Assembly (NCBI RefSeq): GCF_006345805.1
Contig: NW_021828138.1
Location: 1 to 9,050, forward strand
Direction of reading: 5' to 3'
Length of the DNA stretch: 9,050 nt
Origin: Octopus sinensis
Taxonomy: Eukaryota
Under the pieces are notes generated by a model. It worked only from the letters and a program-made list of their open reading frames with translations, was not told where the DNA came from and searched no databases. This document shows positions 1 to 7,530 of this stretch, piece after piece (position 1 is the stretch's first letter; the number at the start of each line of letters is the position of its first letter). The position numbers and the translations under genes were made by a program.

Positions 1-120
1 GAGTTTTCCCTCTACCAAATCCACTCACAAGGCTTTGGTCAGCCCGAGGCTATAGTAGAGAAGACACTTGACACGCAGTGAGACTGAACCCGGAACCATG
101 TAGTTGGTAAGCAAGCTACT
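1..120 (-). mobile_element. 5' part of a tRNA-derived SINE (octopus-type), runs off the window start
   Basis: Reverse complement reads agtagcttgcttaccaactacatggttccgggttcagtctcactgcgtg...caagtgtcttct...actatagcctcgggctgaccaaagccttgtgagtggatttggtag, with a pol III B-box-like GGGTTCAGTC. It matches my recollection of an abundant octopus SINE; the exact family was not verified. Confidence 0.8.
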
Positions 121-448
121 TTATTTCAAAAATTTTGCCATAAAGGCATGATACAGAGTAGCTTGCGGGCTTGACAAAGACATTGATGAGGTGAATGATG
201 ATAAGGATGATATTAATGGGGAAATACGAAAACCGCCCGCCCATTTTTTGCTTCACTAAAACATTTTTCTCTTTTTTTTTCAAAAGACAAAACGATGTAA
301 TGAACCCCTTACTTCAGTTTTACAATTTTTGGACAAATAGTCCATTTAAGAATTGCGGCCTTAATCCTCTTAAACACAATAACATGCAATAAGCATTAAA
401 CATTATACAATAAACATTATGACACTGAGGCTTTTCAAACACTTCTCA

Positions 449-1041
449 CTATTCCTCCCCAACATCACTTGTGCCCGTATATTCCGCCATCCCCCACGCC
501 TCATTCAAGACCAAAGCGGGATCCGAGCCGGCGTCGTCCGGCCACAAGCGATATTCCTCATTGAGTCCCTGCAGCGTATACCTCATGGGCAACGTTATGA
601 CCTCCACAGCTATCTGCGGAGGCCATTTGGGATCCTGTGGGAAGGTTAAAGGTACTTCCTTATGGTGCTTTTCCACCACATCTTCTACCTCTCCGCCTCT
701 GTAAAAGAAGACCAATAGTTCCTCTTCCTCCGAGTTCGAGGTAGTCAATTCTACCATTGGCGGCACAATTCCCCCCAACGCTGTCTCTTCCTCTGCCGGT
801 GGCACAATCCTACTGGCAAGGTTCCGGGACATTCCGGTGGCATGTCATCGATAAACGTTATATCAGAGAACGGATGTTTTTCCTTGTTTTGTTTCTCCTT
901 TGTTGGAGAGAAAGGGAGGAAGAGAGGAAGATAGGGAACAGGGTAATCGAGAAAGATTTCTTTTTCTTTCCCTCTTTCTCCCTTTCTCTCCTTTGCCAAA
1001 ATCAGAATTTTCTTCGCTTCTAAAGAATCTCCCTCACCACC
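449..1041 (-). pseudogene. Frameshifted orphan ORF (~200 codons): K/E-rich linker, PP-containing 13-codon repeats and a folded-looking C-terminal domain; probably transposon-derived
   Basis: 421-860 is clearly more GC-rich than the background. ORF 449..832 has natural composition (LLVFFYRGGEVEDVVEKHHKEVPLTFPQDPKWPPQIAVEVITLP...). The upstream frame 751..1128 joins it via a 1-bp deletion at 833-834: the spacing between CCACCG (Pro-Pro) motifs is 38 nt, then 39 nt. No family recognised with confidence. Confidence 0.55.
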
Positions 1042-1235
1042 AAAAAAAAAAAAAAGAAAAAAAAAGAAACCGCTGTTCGATTCACATAAAAAATGATGAA
1101 ACGTTCTGTTTTTGTTATTTTGGTTCAATTTTACTTGAAGAATTCGGTTAAACGAAAGAAAGCGTTAATAAAGAATTATCCAAAATTCTTGCTGCCTCCT
1201 TTTTCTTAAATACAATACCTGTACACCATTTCAAA

Positions 1236-1470
1236 CACACATATACACACATGCATACATACATACAACACATACATGCATACATACATACATACATAGA
1301 TATATATATATATAATATATATAGATATATATATAATATATTATATATGTATATTATATATATATATATATGTATATATAATGTGTATACATATATACAT
1401 ATTATATATATGTACATATATATAGTAATGTATATAAATAGATTATATTATATATATATATATATATATA
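1236..1470. repeat. (CA)/(CATA)/(TA)n compound microsatellite
   Basis: Direct inspection. Confidence 0.97.
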
Positions 1471-1757
1471 AAACAAAATTAGAGAATGGAGAAATATACT
1501 TAAATCAGTAAAACATCAACTATCCGATGATACTCAATCCATACTTTAATACACCATTACATATGAGTAAAGGCAATACATAAAATGAAATGAGATATAC
1601 AGTAATAGTAAAAAGATAAAGAGATATAAGTAAAAAAATTTCAAATATAATATGCAAATAAATCAAAAACTGACAGCTGTTTCGGCAGTGAGGACAGTCA
1701 TACCCCTGGATATATATTATCCATGGTGGGTTGAATTTTCAACCCCTATCTCATTTT
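1471..1757 (-). mobile_element. Probable Penelope-like element terminal-repeat fragment with a hammerhead remnant, flanked by (TA)n on both sides
   Basis: Minus strand CCGAAAC-AGCT-GTC-AG (1670-1685) matches the 3' half of minimal type I hammerheads with a palindromic stem III, typical of Penelope-like elements. Nested hairpins lie upstream. The 5' CUGANGA core is absent. Confidence 0.45.
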
Positions 1758-1762
1758 ATAAC

Positions 1763-1798
<36 letters not shown>
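1758..1798. repeat. (TA)n microsatellite
   Basis: Direct inspection. Confidence 0.97.
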
Positions 1799-1800
<2 letters not shown>

Positions 1801-1877
1801 AGCACTCCGTCGGTTACAACGACGAGGGTCCCAGCTGATACGATCAACGGAACAGCTTGCTCGTGAGATTAACGTGC
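1798..1877 (-). mobile_element. 3' tail fragment of an octopus-type SINE
   Basis: aggagcactccgtcggttacaacgacgagggtcccagctgatacgatcaacggaacagcttgctcgtgagattaacgtgc matches the recalled tail of a common octopus SINE and abuts (TA)n. Recalled, not searched. Confidence 0.65.
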
Positions 1878-1882
1878 TACTG

Positions 1883-2090
1883 AGTTTTTCCTTGGGCTGG
1901 CCAGATTGAAGCAATCTCGAGTATAATCAGCCGAAATTGCGAAGATAATCTGGTACTCGACTTGGGAAAGAAAACCTCGAATGACCTGTCCCTTTTTTCT
2001 TTGTATGGTCTATTTGGACGTTTTGTTGTCCCATTTTTATATCATCTAACTGTCCGGACATTTTGCGTTCTTGTCCCATTTTGTATTTCA
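1883..2090 (+). mobile_element. Dispersed repeat copy A (probable Penelope-like terminal repeat), ends in (TA)n
   Basis: Aligns to the reverse complement of 2110-2293 (agtttttc..ggg.ctggcc.gat...agccgaaattgc.aagat; ttttgcgttcttgtccca.tttgt). Confidence 0.6.
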
Positions 2091-2108
2091 TATATATATA
2101 TATATATA

Positions 2109-2460
2109 GAAATTAAATATAAATTATAAATTACAAAGTGGGACAAGAACGCAAAAACACACAAAGAGACGACACAAGAAAACAGACGGGACACTCGAAG
2201 CCTCTAATCTTCAGTCGGGAACCGGATCATCTTAGCAATTTCGGCTCTTTAATCTCGATATCGCTCCGATCCGGCCAGCCCCATAGAAAAACTAAGCCAC
2301 GGGCATTAGATTTCTTGGAAAGAGGATCGAATGTATACGAAACAAGGACAGGATGCCACACGAATATAAATACAAGAAACAAAAAATAGAAATAAAAAAC
2401 AAGAATAGTAAACAGGACAAAAACAGCGGGTGTCTTTCGACTTCAGACAATTTTTAACTC
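2109..2460 (-). mobile_element. Dispersed repeat copy B (same family, longer, opposite orientation) with two degenerate hammerhead-like cores
   Basis: Inverted homolog of 1883-2090. The minus strand has CTGAAG-TCGAAA (2446-2435) and CTGAAGA-ttagaggctt-CGAG-tGTC (2214-2190). Both ends sit in (TA)n. Confidence 0.6.
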
Positions 2461-2497
<37 letters not shown>

Positions 2498-2515
2498 GTG
2501 TGTGTGTGTGTATAG

Positions 2516-2547
<32 letters not shown>

Positions 2548-2560
2548 TATATATATATAA
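2461..2560. repeat. (TA)n/(TG)n compound microsatellite
   Basis: Direct inspection. Confidence 0.97.
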
Positions 2561-2845
2561 CATCAACTCTCCGGTCGTTATACGCCGTATGAGGCTTCTA
2601 CAATTACCTGTTGAACAACCACACAGATGATTTGTTTACAGTGTTCCAATGTTTCTGTGCACATAAGCTCATTTCCTCCATTAAATCAACATTACTTGTG
2701 CATGTGCATGGCGTGCCAATGATCGCAGAGCAACGTGAAATGAAGTGAAATGAAGTCTCCAAGAGCACAGCGCAGCGCTTGTCTGGGAATCGAAATCACA
2801 ATCTCGCAATCGTGAGTGCAACACCCTAATTATTAAATCACATCA
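2561..2845 (-). mobile_element. Near full-length diverged tRNA-derived SINE
   Basis: The minus strand starts with a tRNA-like head (ttagggtgttgcactcacgattgcgagattgtgaTTTCGATTCCCagac; B-box at 2785-2795), then tgtgctcttg...ttcatttcacgttgctctgcgatca. The tail runs into (TA)n. Confidence 0.7.
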
Positions 2846-2846
2846 G

Positions 2847-2909
2847 TATGTATGTATGTATGTATGTATGTATGTATGTATGTATGTATGTATGTACCTA
2901 TCTATCTAC

Positions 2910-2974
<65 letters not shown>
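2847..2974. repeat. (TATG)n followed by (TATC)n
   Basis: Direct inspection. Confidence 0.98.
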
Positions 2975-3002
2975 AAAGGATTACCATTGTTATAATATTC
3001 CA

Positions 3003-3018
3003 CCAATAGATGTCGCTG
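3003..3018 (+). promoter_or_regulatory. Candidate CTCF-binding core motif CCAATAGATGTCGCTG
   Basis: 14/16 match to the CTCF core CCACTAGATGGCGCTG, in otherwise AT-rich, apparently non-repetitive sequence. Motif only. Confidence 0.3.
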
Positions 3019-3262
3019 CAAAGCAGAATCGCTGAAATGGTGGAAGATGTACATAAGATTAAGTCGAAAATAGAATAATTGACAATTCCACTTATTATGT
3101 TTAGAAGACAAATGGTAATTATTCATCTTTGCATGATTAGCAAACGAGATGAGAAAATTGGTGAAAGAGTAACAAGGAGTAACTGATGCGATGAGTTTAT
3201 CGGTGAAGTGAATGAGATGAAGCGCCTCGGAGTATTTTATATTGTGTTAATATTCTGTCATA

Positions 3263-3320
3263 CTTCGACCTTGCTTTTCATTTCTTTTCATCGTTCCGTG
3301 ATCGATAAAATAAGTACAGG
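3263..3320 (+). mobile_element. Old degenerate fragment of the same SINE family as the 4881-5401 array
   Basis: cttcgaccttgcttttcat...gatcgataaaataagtacag resembles gtcgactttgcctttcat...ggtcgataaattaagtaccag in the array. Confidence 0.5.
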
Positions 3321-3496
3321 TCAGGTCAGGTCAGGTCAAGAAGTCAGGTCAAGAAGTGAAGTGCTTAGTTCAGTGACAAAGAAAAAAGAAAAAAAAGGAC
3401 GAAAATAAAAATAAAAATTAGTGAGAAAGTACAAAAAAAATAAAACGTCAGGGTCCCTCTCCCGATATAATCAGCACCATCACTACCTACAGAATT

Positions 3497-3535
<39 letters not shown>

Positions 3536-3536
3536 G

Positions 3537-3600
<64 letters not shown>

Positions 3601-4190
3601 TATCATCATCACCATCATCATCATCATCATCATCATCACCACTATCGTCGTCATCGTCGACGTCATCTTCGTCGTCGTCGTCATCATCATCATCATTATC
3701 ATCCTCATGATCACGACAACGACGCCGCTGCCTCTACCTACTACGGCCACGGCGGTGACAACGTCGACGAACATCACCTCCACCACCACCACCACCACCA
3801 CCAACATTACAATCACCACCACCATCACCACCACCACCACCACCACCACCACCACCATAATCATCATCATTGCTGCTGTAGTCGTGGTCATCATCATCAT
3901 CATCATCGTCGTTGTTGACGTAGTCGTGGTCATCATCGCTGTCGTCATCATCATCATCAACATCGCAACGACGACCACCACCACTACCATCACCACCACC
4001 ACCACCACCACCACCATAATCATCATCATTGCTGCTGTAGTCGTGGTCATCATCATCATCATCATCGTCGTTGTTGACGTAGTCGTGGTCATCATCGCTG
4101 TCGTCATCATCATCATCAACATCGCAACGACGACGACGACCACCACCACCACGACCACCACCAAAACCACCACGACCACCACTATCACTG
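3497..4190. repeat. Compound trinucleotide tract (CAT)n/(CGT)n/(CAC)n containing a 159-bp tandem duplication
   Basis: The core 3857-3975 is repeated identically at 4016-4134. Confidence 0.95.
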
Positions 4191-4538
4191 CTAACTGTGG
4201 CTTTGAGCCAGATCTGAGAGAGAGGATGTTATTAATCAAATCAATTGCTGATAGCGTCGACGAGGAATGATCGCTGAACAATTGGCGCACAGTTCGTTAA
4301 TTCCCAAAACCCTTTCTTCTCTCCGACGGAACAAAGGTCTGTGAGTTCAGGTGGTCAGTCAGGTTTCTTGCCCCGTTTGTTTCGTGTGCTTATTCAAGGC
4401 TCAATCAAGAGTGATAGCAGGAAGTGAGGGGGCGTCGTTGCATGCAGGTTGTATTGTGGCCTCAGAGAGAATGGGATGCAAAACATCATTGCTTACGATC
4501 CTCTGGGTTTGGTTCCCGAAAAAAAAGAAAAATTTAAT

Positions 4539-4540
<2 letters not shown>

Positions 4541-4592
<52 letters not shown>

Positions 4593-4675
4593 CACCACCA
4601 CCACCACCACTACTACTACTACTACTACCACTACCACTACCACCACCACCACCACCACCACCACCACTACTACTG

Positions 4676-4706
<31 letters not shown>

Positions 4707-4713
4707 CACCACC

Positions 4714-4801
<88 letters not shown>

Positions 4802-4866
4802 ATGGTGATGATGATGCTGATGCTACAACTACCGCTACTGCTGCTGCTGTGGCTGCCGACGCCGCC
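4541..4866. repeat. Compound trinucleotide tract (CTA)n/(CCA)n/(CTG)n/(ATG)n
   Basis: Direct inspection. Confidence 0.97.
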
Positions 4867-4880
4867 TACGCTTATTTAAT

Positions 4881-5401
4881 CGGGGTCGATTAAATAAGTA
4901 CCAGTTACTCACTGGGCTCGATATAATCGACTTAAACCGTTTGTCTGTCCTTGTTTGTCCTCTCTGAGTTTAGCCCCTTGTGGGTAGTAAAGAAATAGGT
5001 ATTTCGTCTGCCGCTACGTTCTGAGTTCAAATTCCGCCGAGGTCGACTTTGCCTTTCATTCTTTCGGGGTCGATAAATTAAGTACCAGTTACGCACTGGG
5101 GTCGATATTATCGACTTAATCCGTTTGTCTGGCCTTGTTTGTCCTCCCTGAGTTTAGCTTCTTGTGGGTAGTAAAGAAATAGGTATTTCGTCTGCCGCTA
5201 CGTTCTGAGTTCAAATTCCGCCGAGGTCGACTTTGCCTTTCATTCTTTCGGGATCGATAAATTAAGTACCAGTTACGCACTGGGGTCGATATTATCGACT
5301 TAATCCGTTTGTCTGGCCTTGTTTGTCCTCTCTGTGTTTAGCCACTTGTGGTTAGTAAAGAAATAGGTATTTCGTCTGCTGTTACGTTCTGAGTTCAAAT
5401 T
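4881..5401 (+). mobile_element. Tandem array (2.8 x 184 bp) of a 5'-truncated tRNA-derived octopus-type SINE
   Basis: The unit start recurs at 4881, 5065 and 5249. Each unit has the B-box GAGTTCAAATT, ggtcgactttgcctttcat, ggggtcgataaattaagtaccag and a tail ending aaagaaata. No A-box region is seen. Confidence 0.9.
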
Positions 5402-5670
5402 GAACTGGGAAAGTGACCAGCTGGGGCAAATGTTGTTGGATGTGGGATCGATGATGGTCTTCCTGGTTTCGAGGGAGGCAATAAGGGCCTATATTTTTCA
5501 ATAATCTTGGTGATTATTTGCATTCTAAATTTCAGCGGTTTCATAGCAGAAGCTGAAGTTTCCAAAGATGCTTTATACAAAACATAAGCACTTCAGATCC
5601 ATCAAATGAATGATGTAGTAATTTTTATAATATTTTTCCCACGTAAAATTTTCCACGAGTAAATTCGTGA
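5401..5670 (-). pseudogene. piggyBac (PGBD4-like) transposase C-terminal remnant
   Basis: The minus strand gives KYYKNYYIIHLMDL (5635-5594), a frameshift, then SAYVLYKASLETSASAMKPLKFRMQIITKIIEKY...GRPS...HFPSSI. This matches the piggyBac pattern K(W/Y)YKK.F.HL.D...NAY.LYK...FR..I...GRP...HFP..I, and is cut off before the Cys-rich domain. Confidence 0.85.
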
Positions 5671-5798
5671 ATGCTCAAAAATGAAACGACACAAAACAAA
5701 TAAATTCGTTTGAGTGCTAAAATTAAAAGTTAATCTTGACCGAATATACTCGTCTGGTTCTACAAAGATACATTTACGATAATCCATTAAGGGGTTAA
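5401..5798 (-). mobile_element. Internally deleted piggyBac derivative with one terminus (TTAA|CCCCTTAA...) and a subterminal palindrome
   Basis: TTAA target at 5795-5798 abuts GGGG (5791-5794). The imperfect palindrome gaccgaatatactcgtc is at 5738-5754. The terminus lies only ~120 bp from C-terminal coding sequence. Confidence 0.7.
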
Positions 5799-6314
5799 AG
5801 GCCCCTGAAAAAAGTTTTGTTTTTGATTGGTATGAATTGTATGATTGTTTTGGATTGGTATTGGCCAGAGGCAGCTAGGTTTCTCTCTCTAACAGAATTC
5901 AACCTACACAAGTTGATATGTGATAAAAAAAAAAGGAATTATCAAAGAAGTATCGATAAAACTAATTTTTAAACATCGAATGACTACGGGGGCCCACCAG
6001 AATAAAGCAGTAACTAAAGGGGTCCACTGAGGCAAAATAGTAAATTGGGGGTCTATGTTAGTATTTTAAGGGTCCATGAAAAAAATGTTGCTTTAGATAT
6101 ATGCATAGGTACGTGTTGTCAGAAACAGCAAGGTTTCTTTCACCAACATAATTCAACCTACATAAGTTAATGTTTGAAAAACAAAATAGGACACTTGAAA
6201 AATGTTTCTATAAAACATTCTTTAAATACTGAATGGCTATGGGGAGGGGGAGTCCATCAAAATGAAATAGTTATCAAAGGGGTCTATAGATAAAAAAATG
6301 GCTGAGAACCTGTG
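5795..6314 (+). mobile_element. hAT/Charlie-like MITE remnants: two diverged homologous blocks, ~254-bp period
   Basis: aattcaacctac at 5896 and 6150, with aaaggggtc blocks in both copies. The 3' end aaaaaaatGGCTGAGAACCTGTG resembles the Charlie terminus GGTTGAGAACCACTG. It is followed by GTCTAAAA, fitting the NTCTAGAN-type 8-bp target preference. Confidence 0.55.
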
Positions 6315-6334
6315 GTCTAAAATATATATGGCAA

Positions 6335-6945
6335 TGTGTTGTATGAGGGTAAAATCTTTTACTGCTTTATCTAGTATTCCGAACGACCACAGAAAGGCCC
6401 TTCACATAGTTATGAACTTGCTCCTGAGGTTAACTACCAACTCAGCCCCGAGTCAATGACTACATAGAGACTCACTCAATGCTATCATTGACTCGCTTTC
6501 GTAATTGTTGCCATTGTTTAACCTGGGGTCAACCCTGACCGAGCAAACTAGACATTTAAAGCATTCAAAAGGCAAGAATAATTTCTTCTTCTTCTTCTTC
6601 TTCTTCTTCTTCTTCTTCTTCTTCTTCTTCTTCTTCTTCTGTTTGTTTTTGTTTTGTTTAAGACAAGGTGTTGTTTGAGAGAAAATTGGTTGCTATTTTT
6701 GCTAGCATTCCGAACGACTACGTATAAGCCCGCTCCATCCAATTACTCGTTGACTTACACTTGTGATTGCAGTTCAACCCCAGGTCATTGTTATTGTTGT
6801 TTAACCACAGGTCCGCTCTGATCGAAGATGGCAGAGATTTAAAGCATTCAAAGAACCAGGATAATTTGGTCTTCTTGATATTCTTTTCTTTGCGGGATGG
6901 TGGTGCTTTAAGACGGTAAGGTGTTGGTTGAGAGAAAATTAACGT
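6335..6945. repeat. Old dispersed-repeat family present as ~2.3 diverged tandem units (~280-330 bp)
   Basis: Repeated blocks: ctag.attccgaacgac.ac at 6371/6702, tttaaagcattcaaa at 6555/6838, aaggtgttg.ttgagagaaaatt at 6665/6918. Confidence 0.7.
6583..6640. repeat. (TTC)n microsatellite
   Basis: Direct inspection. Confidence 0.98.
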
Positions 6946-6947
6946 GT

Positions 6948-7530
6948 CGTTGTTGCTTAACCTCCAACTCAGCCATGAATCAATAGCTCATAGAGCTATT
7001 AACTCATAGAAAAATATTCTACGACGTCATTGACTCGCATTTGTAATTATTTTTGTTGTTGCTTAACTTCCGGCTCAGCCATGACTCAATGACTCATAGA
7101 GTTATTGACTCGAAAGAAAATATTCTACGTCGTCATTGACTCGCTTTTGTAATTATCATTTGTTGTTGCTTAACCCCCGGCTCAGCCATGAGTCAATGAT
7201 TCATAGAGCTATTGACTCGAAGAAAAATACTCTACGTAGTCATTGACTCGCTTTTGTAATTATTATTGCTGTTGCTTAACCCCGGCTCAGTCATGAGTCA
7301 ATGACTCATAGAGTTATTGACTCGTAGAAAAATACTCTACGTAGTCATTGACTCGCTTTTGTAATTATTATTGCTGTTGCTTACCCCCGGCTCAGTTATG
7401 AGTCAATGGCTCATAGAGCTATTGACTTAGAGAAAACACTCTATGTAGTTATTAACTCGTTTTTGTAGTTATTGTTTTTGTTTAACCCTCAACTCAGCCA
7501 TGAGTCAATGACTCGAAGAGCCTACGACTC
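6948..7530. repeat. ~106-bp minisatellite, ~5.5 copies, palindrome-rich
   Basis: The g(c/t)ttaac anchor occurs at 6955, 7061, 7168, 7274, 7379 (a variant) and 7480. Central units are near-identical and flanking units diverged. More degenerate copies lie at ~6428-6520 and ~7590-7690. Confidence 0.95.

Noticed and set aside
111-166. 10-bp inverted repeat gcaagctact / agtagcttgc
   Set aside because: Single short match at a SINE edge with no further structure; could be chance.
195-1151. Plus-strand ORFs 195-392, 419-649, 471-704, 757-1023, 900-1151
   Set aside because: Shadow frames of the GC-rich minus-strand ORF, or low-complexity sequence.
3010-3080. Peptide MSLQSRIAEMVEDVHKIKSKIE resembling hAT/Buster RRI.EM.EDI motif
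   Set aside because: The following conserved LDESTD block is absent in all frames I checked.
4205-4290. Minus-strand peptide SAIDLINNILSL resembling a kinase C-lobe helix (AIDLINNLL)
   Set aside because: Short match, no splice sites or flanking kinase motifs, and it reads straight into a triplet repeat.
3421-4893. Long His-, Thr-, Val-, Met- and Tyr-rich ORFs
   Set aside because: Open in several frames on both strands simply because triplet repeats lack stops; no complex domain.
4881-5401. Retrozyme interpretation of the 184-bp array
   Set aside because: No CUGANGA core in the unit on inspection; it has a pol III B-box and SINE body instead.
6955-7490. TTAACCC plus palindrome in each minisatellite unit resembling piggyBac ends
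   Set aside because: No inverted partner end, and the motif is better explained by the ttgtttaacc block of the neighbouring repeat family.
6948-7530. CRISPR-like appearance of regularly spaced palindromic repeats
   Set aside because: The whole 106-bp unit is repeated, with no unique spacers, no cas genes and a eukaryotic context.
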